In this document: positions 49,982-62,149 of the stretch, piece after piece
Layout of the letters: the number at the start of each line of letters is the position of its first letter
Position numbering within the stretch: the first letter of the stretch is position 1
DNA from: Mizuhopecten yessoensis
Taxonomy: Eukaryota
DNA: 64,000 nucleotides
Reading direction: 5' to 3'
NCBI RefSeq assembly: GCF_002113885.1
Contig: NW_018406276.1
Span: forward strand, 128,572-192,571
Notes under the pieces: generated by a model
Database searches by the model: none
The model's input: the letters and a program-made list of their open reading frames with translations, nothing else
Told to the model about the DNA's origin: nothing
Translations under genes and position numbers: made by a program

Positions 49982-52900
49982 ATGTCGGAGTCTGAAAGTT
50001 TAGGAACCAAAGAAGATAATTTTCGAATCGATGTGGATGGAAAATTCAAGTGTTTGATCTGTGAGAACAAACTATCTTCCAAGCAACGAGTGTTAGTTCA
50101 CCTGCACTCGATACATGGATTGAGTAAGTGTATTTTCTAAACGTTCTGACTTCCGTCTTTCAATTTCATCTCTGCCAGTTTGGTTTGCGCCGAAACATTA
50201 CAGTACAGTAGAGAGTAACGTAATGACGTTGCGCATTTCGGCCGTTTTTTTAATAGTCTCAAAGAAGAAAATGAATATTTCTTCAATTCCTATTACGACA
50301 AAGAGAGTCTTACAAGAATTGTAAAAAAAAAATTGAGCCATCACAGCAAACTTAACGGCGATTTTTCGTCGATCAAAACTTAAGTTGGCAGACAGTAGGA
50401 AAACTGTGATATTTTTTAATGCGGAGTTAATTCGGCCTTGATGGATCTGATGGATCTGCATCTGTGACATGTTTCTGCTAGGAATAAGGGGAACTGTCCA
50501 ATCACATTTGCAGTCCTTGCTTTTAAAAGTGCGAACATACTTGATGTTATTTGTGTAAACATGAATACATTTAATTTTTGAATTTTTTTTCATGGATGCA
50601 TATGTGTCGAATAGAGAGGCTAGAAATTAAATAACTTTTTATTGCTATACATGTACATAATATATGAATAGATGGTTTGCATGTGAGCAGGCATTTCTTA
50701 AAATTGATATACAGGTACAAGATTAGATTATGCTTAAAAGTTGCCAATGAAAAATGTTGATGCATTCATGTTTACAAATATCAGCAAGTTTGCCCTTCAC
50801 TTCAAACTCAGTGTTGCTGTCTGACCGTGGAATTTCTTTAATGTCAATAAATTTTGTCGAATTTACAACCGGTAGCATCATTCCTTTCCCATCACTAGGA
50901 CTACACTTTGAAATTCTACTGAAACCGTGGAACATCTTGTGTTTTGTCAAATGTTCATGTGACGCGGGAAATGGATGTTGGATCTAAATTTCGACACTAG
51001 AGAGAGATACGGAATTTCTTGGATCGATCGGATGACTGTAAACTCACATATTTTATTTTTTGGCCTAAGCTTTATTAAACACATGATGCACTGATTTCAA
51101 TCAATGACCCTTCCTCGATCATGTCGAGGTGACAGCAGAAACCTTTAATAACTAGTATGATCCACATGATTTTGTGAAATTTTAGATGCCCACTTATTTT
51201 GATAGTTTCCTTCGGGCTAGGAACAAGTTTTGCATTTATTTGTATGGTATATACTTTGTATTTCAGCACCTGTGAAAAGAGTGAAGAAAAAATATGTGGA
51301 TGATGAGTCTGCTGTGGTTCCAAGATCAACATTTTACAGATGAAAAAAGCAAAAAGTTCATGACAGCAGTGCTAAAAGAAATCTTTATAATCTTGAAGGC
51401 AAGTTTCTTTTAGTTTCTTAGGAGTAATGTCAAACAGTCGAGAAATTACAATTCAACAATTATTTGATTTTTAGGTCACCTGAGCTTTAGCTCAAGTGAC
51501 CTATTGCTATCCGTTTTCGTCCGTCGTCGTCCGTCGTCCGTTAACATTTTACATTTCAAACTTAAAGTCAAGTTCTGCTGGGCCGATTGAACTGAAANNN
51601 NNNNNNNNNNNNNNNNNNNNNNNNNNNNNNNNNNNNNNNNNNNNNNCCACGGCCGCCATTTTGAAAACCTATTTCAAACTTAAAGTCAAGTTCTGCTGGA
51701 CCGATTGAACTTAAAGTTTGTAGGAATGATCGACTCATGGTCCTGACAAAGTGTTGTTATTTTTCAGGTCAATCATAAATCCAATATGGCCGCCACGGCC
51801 ACCATTTTGAAAACATATTTCAAACTTAAAGTCAAGTTCTGCTAGGCCGATTGAACTGAAACTTTGTAGGAATGATTGACTCATGGTCCTGACAAAGTGT
51901 TGTTATTTTTCAGGTCGATCAGAAATCCAATATGGCCACCACAGCTGCCATTTTGGTAAACTATTTCAAACTTAAAGTAAAGATCTACTTGGCCGATTGA
52001 ACTGAAACTTTGTAGGAATGATCGAATCATGGTCCTGACAAAGTGTTGTTATTTTTCGGGTCAATCAGAAATACAATTTGGCTGCCATGGCCGCTATTTT
52101 GCTACTAAGTTCTAATAGGCCGATCTCACTTAAAATTGGTCTAGGAATGATCAGCTCATGGTCCTGACAAAGTTAAGTTAACATTATACTATTTTTTACT
52201 CAAATTGGTACATATTTCAACAACAAAAATAAATACTATAGACTCAGGTGACCGTTAAGGCCCATGGGCCTCTTGTTCTGATACACCTTGCAAGTTGTTT
52301 GTTAGCAATGATTTATGATACCGTAATGAACTATTCAATCAGTTTGCGTATGAAATAGATTCATGATATATTTTGAATTGAAAGTTCAGACTGCTCTGTG
52401 AAGAATTAAAAAAAACCTTTTCCATAATTTAATACAAGGAACATTTTTTTTATAATACAAGTATTTCTGAAAATGTTAATTTGTTAAATCTTATACTATT
52501 TTCTCTTTTCAGGAGATTTCATTAATGACCAGCCGTCAACATCTCAAGAAAATCTCAGTCATAGTCAATCATATGGATGCTCTGATGAGGAATCATTTGA
52601 ATCTGGCCATACACCATCACCTGATGAACAACTTCCAATTTGTGTTGAACAGAATGATACACCTACAGTTACTCTTGAGACTAGTACACTTCTAATGACC
52701 CCTGAAAAGCAAAATACTTACAATCTTTCATCATCATTACCAAACATTGACTCAGACTCAACAAGTGCTTTTTCACCTGATGTAGACTCAGTTTCTGAAT
52801 TTTCATTTTCAACAGATAGTGAATCAGTAGTTCTTGGGTTTTCTGATAATGATACCAGTTCTTCATGTCTTGATGACCATTCATCAAGCTTTTCTTCATC

Positions 52901-55757
52901 AGACTCATTTGATACAATTTCATCAGCAAGTGAGACAGAAGATAATAATGATGCGGGCATTCCAGAAAATGAATATCAAGCTCTCACTCTTTTATCTTGT
53001 TTTTTACGGAACCAGTTTTCGGCGAGTACAAGCAAAGATGTAATACAGACTATAAAAACAATGTTTAAACATCATGAGGACATTTCGAAGCTGGACTTTG
53101 GCCAAATGATGTCCTATGTTGACACTACACCAGTCAGAGAAGTACATTATTGTATAAAGTGCAATACTGTCTTTCCAGGTGACAAGGATGTTTTTCAATG
53201 CCAAACTACCAATTGTGATGGTCTCCGTTATAAAGGTGTATTGTCAAACCAACAAAGCAAGTCCAGACAGCCAAATCAGAGCTTTGTGTTTAGTGATATT
53301 AGGAAACAGCTGATTGATCTTCTCAAAACACCAGGTGATTTTACGTTTAGTTTAGTTTTAGTTTGTTGTGATTTATGACAATAATTTTGCTTTTGTAAAA
53401 TATTTTTTTTTCCTGAAAGCGACATAACAAAACCTGAATTAAATTTAAGTGTCACTGTATATAGTTATATATACAGTAACATCTGAACCTCATTAATTTG
53501 TATAACTCAGAAGACCCTGTTTTATTTGAAATTTTTCCGAGGTCCCAACCAAACTTTACACTATACAGTACTGGATGAAAATATAATGGAGTGTCGTTGA
53601 TAATCATATGATCACAAATTTGTTTTTATTTATATAATGCATTAGATACATGTACAATGCAAATTTATAAACCTATATATATATATGATGCATTAGTTTA
53701 ATTCAAAATGTGTTGTCTTTAATGTTTTTATTTATTTATTACGGGACACTGAGAGTGACTCTAATATTGTTTTACATATATTATATATAGCACATGGTAG
53801 ATCTTTCTGGCATTACCCGTGTCATACCCGTGTCACTTATTAGTCCAGTAGAGTGAAGAAGAGATAAAAAGGTTAAATCCCTCTTAATTTATGTATATAA
53901 TAAAGAAATACTAAAATTATATTATTTTTTTCAGGAATTTGGGAAGATATTCAAACTACTAAAGCAGAATCCTATGAAAGATTTCAATCTGGATCAACCC
54001 TTATCACAGACATTTCTGATGGCAGGGAGTACCAAGCTTTGATGAAGGAGGGCGGGTTTCTTGACCCTAAAACACAGAACATCACAGCAGTGTTTAACAC
54101 TGATGGTGTGAACTTATATTCCTCATCAAAGGTGGAATTATGGCCTATATTTTTAGCTGTAAACGAGCTTAGTCCTCCAAAACGCTTTTGCAGGGATAAC
54201 ATCTTGCTTGTGGGAATATGGCAGGGTAAAGAAAAAACCCCTTTCAATCCATTTTTCAGGATCTTCAGTGAGGATATGAACTCACTGTATAATGTTGGTG
54301 TTGATGTTCAAATTGGAGATGAAGCTTACAATGTGAAGCTTGCAATTATATGTGGCATTGCTGATTTACCAGCTAAAGCAGAAATCCTCAATATGTCATA
54401 TTTCAATGGATCACATGCTTGTATCAAGTGTGAGGAGCCTGGGATGACGGCACAGCAAGGGAAAGGATACGCAAGATGTTTTCCATATAGACTTCAGGGA
54501 GCACGGTATCCAGATCGAAATCATGCAGACGTATTGGTCAACATGGAAAATGATTCTGCAAGAAATAGAGAAAAGGGTTTCAAAGGAGAATCTGGACTCA
54601 AACATTTAGAAAGTTACAACCTTGTACTTGGAACAGTTCCAGATTACATGCATGGCGTACTTCTGGGGGTTACCAAATCACTTATGAACAAATGGTTTTC
54701 TCCATCACAGAGTGGCAAAAATTACTTTATTGGCAACAAATTGAAAGTAATTTCAGAAAAAATGAAGCAGATGAAACCACCAGACAGTATTGAGAGGCTA
54801 CCAAGGGACCTGGAAAAGCATTACAGCCACTTCAAAGCGACAGAACTACAATCTTGGCTCTTATATTATGCTTTTCCATGTTTGCTAGGCATTCTCAAGG
54901 ATGAATTTCTTGAAAACTTCTTGTGTCTCTCTGAAGGTGTCCATATTCTTCTTGGAGACTGCATTAATCAACAATCTCTGAAGAAAGCCATTGATCTCTT
55001 GGATCAGTTTTATTCTGCGTTCCAGAATCTTTATGGTGACGGCTCATGTGGTCTGAACATCCACAACACCAGTGTGCACCTTGCAGAGTATGTGAAGCTT
55101 TGGGGACCATTATGGGCATGGAGTTGTTTTCCGTTTGAGGATGCAAATGCTCAACTTCTCCAAGCTGTTCATGGAACAGGACTGGTTTTGAAACAAGTAA
55201 TGGCTTATAGACAGGCGCAATCTTGCATCCGGAAGAGAGGTCTTGCGCTTAAAAAGAAAGAAGGATGGAAGATAACGTACGAAGCAAATAACTGTGATGT
55301 TGCTGGTATGCTAAAGTCGGTAAAGCTCCAGGAAATGGAAAATGAGGTCAAGGAACAATTAATCACAGTGCATGATAGCTTCAAGTTAAACAATTTGAAG
55401 AAAATGGACAGGATAGTCGTGAATGAAAGACGGTTTTATTCAGAAAACTATAGTCGTATGAAAAAGAGGATATCCAGTGTAGTTCTGTATAACCAACATG
55501 AAATTGGATCAGTGAAGTATTTCATTTTATGTGATGATTTGACTTTCTGTATTATTGAAAAAATGGAGAAGATTCCACCATCTCAACTTCAAATCAGAGT
55601 AGCAAGCCATTTCATTCCTGTAAGATGCACAAAAACCTTGACAGTGGTGAATGTTGAACAGCTTCGTGAAGTCCTTGTTTACCTCAGCTCAAGTGCAATG
55701 AACTGTTCATTTGTTGTCCGAATGCCAAACAACTATGGCCATGCAGTCTTTAAGTGA
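49982..55757 (+). pseudogene. CACTA/CMC DDE transposase with an N-terminal C2H2 finger, ~972 codons, one premature stop
   Basis: Exons 49982-50123, 51267-51398 (GC donor), 52513-53334 and 53935-55757 join in frame. Motifs: DISDGREY, NTDG, DLPAKA, FNG..CIKC, DYMHGVLLG, FKATE, GPLWAWSCFPFE. In-frame TGA at 51341. Confidence 0.88.
51469..52277 (+). mobile_element. HINE/Helentron-type element in transposase intron 2
   Basis: AGGTCACCTGAG..CTCAGGTGACC subterminal inverted repeats, a (CGTC)n tract, ~140-bp core repeats and a 3' hairpin AGGCCCATGGGCCT. Confidence 0.8.
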
Positions 55758-57109
55758 ACAATCAGACTGGTAGACTGGTAGTTTTATATATATTGAAATC
55801 CTAATGTAAGCAAACATAATTTGATATATATACTGAAGTTTGTTTTTAGTTAAACTAATGTTACAATGTATTATTAGTGAAAGACATATACAGTTTTAAT
55901 TTCTAATTGTTCAAGATAATTTTTTTTTTTAATTTTTGGAAAGTGATTAATAGAATTTGAAGATGTGATTAATTAATGAACAGGCCTTTCTCATAGACAT
56001 TTTTAGTTACCTGGAACAAAAGAAAAACTACAATCAGTATTAAATAATTATATGTAACAGAAAAAAATGACATTTTGAATTGTTACTACAATTTCATTGT
56101 TATAAATATTGTTATATATACATGTATACCACATAAATCAAATTTATCACCAATAAAAGGTATATATATATATGTATTAGAACTTCATTAAGTGCTTTAG
56201 TTAAATCACAAAACTATTCAAGAACTCGATAGTTCTTTAATTGTTCTTAATATAATCTTTAAGCATTCTAATCAAGAACATTTAAAGAACACATCTTCGT
56301 AAAACATTCTTAAATCTAGTCAAGAACACAATAAGAACATTTTAAGAACACTTTTGTTCTTGAGCTGTTCTTAAATTTAGTCAAGAACACATAAGGAACA
56401 TTTTAAGAACACTTTTGTTCTTGAACTGTTCTTGAAAATGTTCATGAACTTTTCAAGAACAGTTTAAGAACTTCAGCAGTTCTTAACCTGTTCTTGAATA
56501 GTTCAAGAACAGTTTCAAGAACTGAAGTTCAAGAACACGGTAGATTTTTTAGTTAAGAACAGTTCAAAAACAGTTCTTGATGTTCTTGAACTGTTCAAGA
56601 ACTGTTCTTAAAATCAAGAACTTGGTTTCGCAGGGGAAGCCATTGTCCACAAGTTTACCAAGTTTACAAAGTTTATGTATAGTTTTACACTCTAAGACTC
56701 CTCTCCTGAGGCTTGGAAACACACGAAACGTAGCTAAATATATCCTTTAGTCTTTCTAGTTTCAGATGGTGTTAGATAGTCCAAGTAAATTATTATAAAT
56801 TATGGTAACTTAGAGGAATAAAAAATAGCCATTACGATAAATGACTCACTGGTTACTGATGCTGCGATGCTAGGGTACTGGTCAAGCAGTCTTTGTATAG
56901 ACTGACAAATCGGTAGCTGGTCCTTTGTGTTGACTGACCAATCAACTTCCTCGAGTCAGGCCCATATTCTGGATATGTACAACTGACCAGGCCTTCCGCG
57001 GGATGTACGAATGGGTTACTTGTCTGTTACAGCATGTTACAATATTGACGGCATTACCTCATCTGCATCAAGACAAAAGTCCATGGAACTCAAGGAAACT
57101 NTTTTTTTG

Positions 57110-58180
57110 TCGACATAAACCTGGTTTATATACATAAACCTTAAATTTTCTATCTGGGTGGTTGCTTAATTCTTGTCTTAAATTGTTCACATTGACAGGT
57201 GTTGAGGCTTGCTTATCAAAGTCGTCACAAGATAGTCACTTTTTGTTTTTTGGACAAGACACTGCCGGGTGTGCCCCATTTAGACAGTTTTTACATGCAT
57301 GTCCGTAAATACATGACGCCCAAAAAACCCTGCCATTATTGTAGTTGTTGCACAGTTCTATTCCCTCGATTACCACTCTTGACCTTCCGTGTTTATCATC
57401 ACCCCCTTTTTGTAGTGACGGCTGTGAATAACTGTTGTCTACTCTACTATTGTTTTGCACGGCCTGCTGATTGCCTCTGTAAAACGGTTTGTCATACTGC
57501 CGATTACTTGTTGGTGCATATTTATTTTGGTATGGCTGTGTGCTGAGTAGGGCAGGGCAGAAATCTGCAGTGTGAGAACCCGCCCCGCATGAGCAGGTGT
57601 ACATTTTAGCTCCTGCCATGAGCATGGGCAGTAGGTTGTTGTCCTTTAACGACCAGTTCACCTTTGAGCTCAATTGGTGCAAAGCAAAGGCACTTCTCGC
57701 AGACGGTTTGGGTGTCTCAAACACATAATCCTCCTAAACTTCCCAAAAGCGGTGATAACCTCACTGATTGTGAGTGTTTTGTTTAATCGTGGGTCAACAC
57801 GGGCCTTGATGTTAAGTTTTCCCCCCTCTGTATAAACTATTCGGTTTCTAGCCACCTCGTAATTGGGGATCAATAGGGCGGCCAAATTCACATCTCTTCC
57901 CTCGAGTATCTGTCTTTTTAAAGGCTCCGACACGAGATCAAGTCGGGGCAAACTGTCGGACGAAATGCCATTACATGACGAAGACAAGTTTGTGTACGCA
58001 CCTGTTGCTGTGTGAACTTGGTTACTGGCCGTCGGTTGATATCGTGACAGTTCCGCCATGGCTGCTTCCAACTTGTTTGTTTCTGTGGGAGTGGTAGCAG
58101 ATTGTAAGCTACGCTCGATCTCGCACTGCAGCAACAAATTTATTGTCGTCTGCAACTAATCCACCACGTTGGTTTGTTGA
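57110..58180 (-). mobile_element. DIRS/Ngaro-type element 6: gag plus the first codons of RT
   Basis: 'GISSDSLPRLDLVS..ILEGRDVNLAALLIP..DPRL', C-terminal 'LCNNYN..C.YGHACKNC..HPAVSC', then 'TPVNVNNLRQELSNHPD'. Confidence 0.85.
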
Positions 58181-60331
58181 TGTCTGTAAATATGTAAATA
58201 AAAGCATGTGGACTCTTCCACTGTCTTTATCCATATCTGGTTGCAAATAAAAAAATAAATAATATAAGAATAAATAGCATTAACTGTGTTTTCTTGGCAC
58301 ATAGTTACCTTAATACCTTAATCTTTTAATGCTTTGATTTTAGTAACATCTTTGTAAATTAAATGCTCTTCAGGTTTGGAGTTTTTTTTTGAGTCCCCAC
58401 AACCTTGTCGATGGCCGTCTTTTGTGTTATTTACTTTCTACATGTTTCGGCCTGCTCTGCAGCAATCATCAGGATATATTTACAATTTCACGTGTTATTG
58501 ACTCAATAACCTTTGTTGAGATTATTATCACTTGATAATGATAGTCGTTCTCGTGCGCGTAGTGAAACATACACTGTGTACATATGTGTATGTCAACAAC
58601 CTGTGGGTTTCCATTACTATTTTTGGAAGTAAACCAGGGATACCAGATTTTTACAACTCATTAGTGTATTCATGCAAAAGATACATGGTTGAAAGGACTA
58701 TGTATGGTTTGGGCATGTTTTGGCCTCCAAATGCATCAAAATTCAAAACCTTTAAATGAACTGTCAAACGACTGTTTCTTTAATTTTGAATACTCCCCAA
58801 ATACTATCATGAAAATATTTATTTGTATTTCTAAATATTGTTGTCTGTAAATATGGTAACAAGTTCAAATGTGCATAAATTAGAAGAAGAAAAAATGTTC
58901 GGTGAATATTCGTCTTATTTTGAATAGTTTCTCTCCAGGAAACTATAGAGCGCATGCTTGAACAAACTTGATATCAAAGGATAATGTGTAGACACCTGTT
59001 ATACATCTTTAATAATGATAATAATATACAACATTTGATATAGGGCCCTATCTAGCTAACATAACACTGGCTAATATCTCCCTATAATGTTCGATATACG
59101 GCAATTTTGCTGTATTAATAGTTCAGTCGTCGGGCAGCTGCAAGGCAGAAAGTTTATGGTGCAATTTTTCTGCCTCACACTGTCTACTGTCGCAGTAAAG
59201 AAAATTTTGGGTGATAGCTAAGGTTTATTACTGTATTATTATTGGTATGTAATATTGCATGTTTTGGAACAGAAATCATTATAACCAAATATTGAAAGCA
59301 AGAGACTGAATGATATAATTCAACAAATGTTTTTGTTTGGATGATAGTCCAATGCTCATTTTAAAGTCGTAATGTTAATAGGTATAGTCGCTCTAGGGTT
59401 ATCACACAAGAAGTTCATTTTTGTTTGTTTTGGGTCTTGGTTAGGTCTAAAGGGCACGCAGATTTAGAGTGATTTCCTTTATATAATTAACACACATGCG
59501 TGTAGCTGCATGAAGGCAAATTGCATCCAAATTGGCTGTTGAAATTGTTGCAAAGTTCAAGACCTTCATGGTAAACAAGTGGACGACTATGACCATCTAC
59601 TGAAGAGAAACTAGAACTCCTAATTGTTCCAATCTTGGAATTTTCGGAAACTCCACTGGGGGCCCCTTGACGCTTAGGGCCAAACACAGAAGTGGGACAA
59701 AAACCTGTTACATGTAAAGGGCTGTCAAACAAGTTACACGTGAGAGGCTGTTGGTTAGTAAAAATATTGCAAAAGAGATCATTGTCTCTAATAGACCAGT
59801 CTATCGGTGTGTTGGTATAGCGGAGTTGTGCTGCCGCCCTGGCTGAAAACTGTCGATGATATTCATAGAACCCTACAGCATATCTAGTGCCCATGTCCAC
59901 GATGTCTCTCTTGTAGAGATCGAGCTCAACACGTCTAGCCGGGTAAACCGAGCACATAACTTGTTTATATATACCAAAAGCCAAAATGAATTCATTCAAA
60001 GTTAAATTCCTGGAAAGTCTTGTGTCAGGCTTGCTTAACGTATGGCCATTTGGGTCACTGTTATTAACGAAGTAGGGTATTAACAATGCTGCGAGGTTTA
60101 TGTCCCTACCAGTAATAATTTGCTGATGTAGAGCGATCGATATCATTTCAACTAAAGAATCTCGAAGTATAGAGCCAACGCCGTACTTCTGGTTTATGTT
60201 TGGTAGGTTCCGAAATCCCGGCTTGGATACCAATTAGTATGCAGGGCGATTGAGAATGTGGGTAAATATAAATCGTAAGAAATCAATCGCAACAAGCCAT
60301 AGGGTAGGTGGTTCTTGGGTTTATTTGGAAG

Positions 60332-60370
60332 GTCGACCGGTTTCGCCCTGAACTAGGGCTTCTTCAGGAC
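60332..60370 (-). ncRNA. Minimal type I hammerhead ribozyme motif (Penelope-like)
   Basis: Minus strand reads GTC CTGAAGA A GCCCTAGTTCAGGGC GAA ACCGGT C GAC: conserved core, helix II stem, palindromic helix III and a 3-bp helix I. Confidence 0.7.
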
Positions 60371-60457
60371 AATTTTTTCACAAGATTTTTACCCCTAAAG
60401 TACTAAAAATGTGGGCCCATGTTCTATTATTGATGACGTCTATACAATAGTGACGTN

Positions 60458-61126
60458 TCTTTCTGGATCAAGTGGGGGCCTTGCTTTCCCAGGGGAGTGG
60501 AATGGTTTTTTTCCAGTCCTAGAACAGGACACACAAGGTCCTGTCTTGAAAAAACTGTGAGAGTAATTCTCCTCATACACTCGTTGATTTCTTTTTCCGA
60601 GTTCCCAATATGACCCACAGATTTCAGTAAGTTGTCCACTGTCAATGTGGAGGACGAAGCTGTTGAGGATGTGGAGGTCAGTGTAGTGCTGGAGGAACTA
60701 TCCTCTGTAGTAGCAGGATTACTGTTTTGACATGTTCCAGAAAGTTCAGAAAATTTCCTCTTCAAAGACTTAAGGGAGGACCTTAAGTCTTTCACCTCCC
60801 TTTCCAGATGGTCAACCCTCTTCTCCAGCCTTCGACTGCCACTGAAAAATATGAAAATTAAAAAACATACAAAATATAAGATTTAAAACCAAATACCTAT
60901 GCGGGTAAATTAATCATACAGTTAATAAGCCTTAAAAATATTGGGCCTCTAGTCTAAGTTCTGCAGATCACTGATAACATTTTATTAAATAAATAATTTA
61001 TGGTTTAACAGATATTATATATATAAAATAAACTTTCCTTGAGGATGCTAGAAAGTTTGTTATCAAGTTTTATTTGTTTATTTATATGTTTGACAAGTAA
61101 TAATATTTACCTAGGACGCAAATTGG
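60458..61126 (-). repeat. Second partial copy of the BEN-gene last exon and intron
   Basis: Near-identical to about 46087-46744 with small indels; starts at the N at 60457. Confidence 0.88.
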
Positions 61127-62149
61127 ATTATACGATTTATATTTCAACTAAAGTTAATGTTTCTGAAGCGTAACCAAATCTGGTCCTCTTACACGTCTCA
61201 CCTTGTGGTTGCGTTAATTCGTCCTCGAAACATCTGTATGCCGTATTTAAAGTGAACTCCTGTTGTGGTGGAGATGAAGTTGGGGGCACATGTGTCACTG
61301 ATGTGGCCATCTGTCTTTCGCTACCGGCGGCTGGTGCCACTGGAAGCCTGGATTGGGAGTCTTTTTTTTCTTATTCTCTGATGCAACCTGTTTTGCCTAT
61401 TAAACATAAAACGGAAGACAACAGAGGATTAGAGGGGTTCTTTCTCGTTTTCATCTTTGGTCCTATCGGTTACCCGAGTAAAAATATATATACCTTATAA
61501 ATTAGGGGTGCCACGATAAACCGGTATACCAGTACACAGTCACCAAATATTTTATTCCTAGTGTTTATTGTTCAATGCTTTCATTGTTTTGTTGTCTTAT
61601 TTTTGAAAATTTAAATAAAACATTGTTCCAAATCTGGTCCTCTTACACCTCTCACCTTGTGGTTGCGTGGATTCGTCCTCGAAACGTCTGTATCCAACGT
61701 GTACTCCTGTTGTGGTGGAGACGAAGTTGGGGGCACCTGTGTCACTGATGTGGCTATCTGTCTCTCGCTACTGGCGGCTGCTGCTGCCACTGGAAGCCTG
61801 GATTGGGAGTCTATTCTATTCTCCAGTCGCTGATAGCACTCCTGTAATGTAGCTACACTTTCTGATAAGCTCGTAACCAAGTTCACCAAATGGTTATTAC
61901 TACTCGACGACTCGGATTTATGTTGAGATGCAGTGTTTACAGACTCACGTGAAACATCCGGTCCTCCATCTTGCCGCGATGCATTGTGGTATACCGCACC
62001 TCTCCTGTGTGGTCTGACGGGGGTAGAAGTTCTCGCTTCCCGTAACTTCTTGACTAAACACATATGATAAGATCCAGGCCTGAGAGAATGCAGTTATTCC
62101 AGGACCCTAGTAATAGTCCAATTCTCTAGTAATTATTGATATTTTGCAT

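Larger units (their letters stand above)
45045..56636 (+). mobile_element. ~11.6-kb CACTA/CMC (EnSpm-like) DNA transposon with two divergent genes
   Basis: Both ends carry dense TCAAGAAC/GTTCTTGA subterminal repeats (45053-45640 and 56210-56625). The right end reads CCCTGCGAAACC on minus; the left terminus is degenerate. Encloses a transposase on + and a BEN gene on -. Confidence 0.8.
59487..62063 (-). mobile_element. DIRS/Ngaro-type gag 7, split into pieces (59487-60157, 61141-61345 and related copy 61625-62063)
   Basis: 'RTRFGYASETLTLVE' (61 kb) continues as 'LVEMISIALHQQIITGRDINLAALLIP..FYEYHRQFSARAA..LCNNFN' (60 kb). Confidence 0.82.

Noticed and set aside
60428-60456. Plus-strand hammerhead-like TTGATGA CGTC..GACG
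   Set aside because: The core is imperfect and is cut by the N at 60457.
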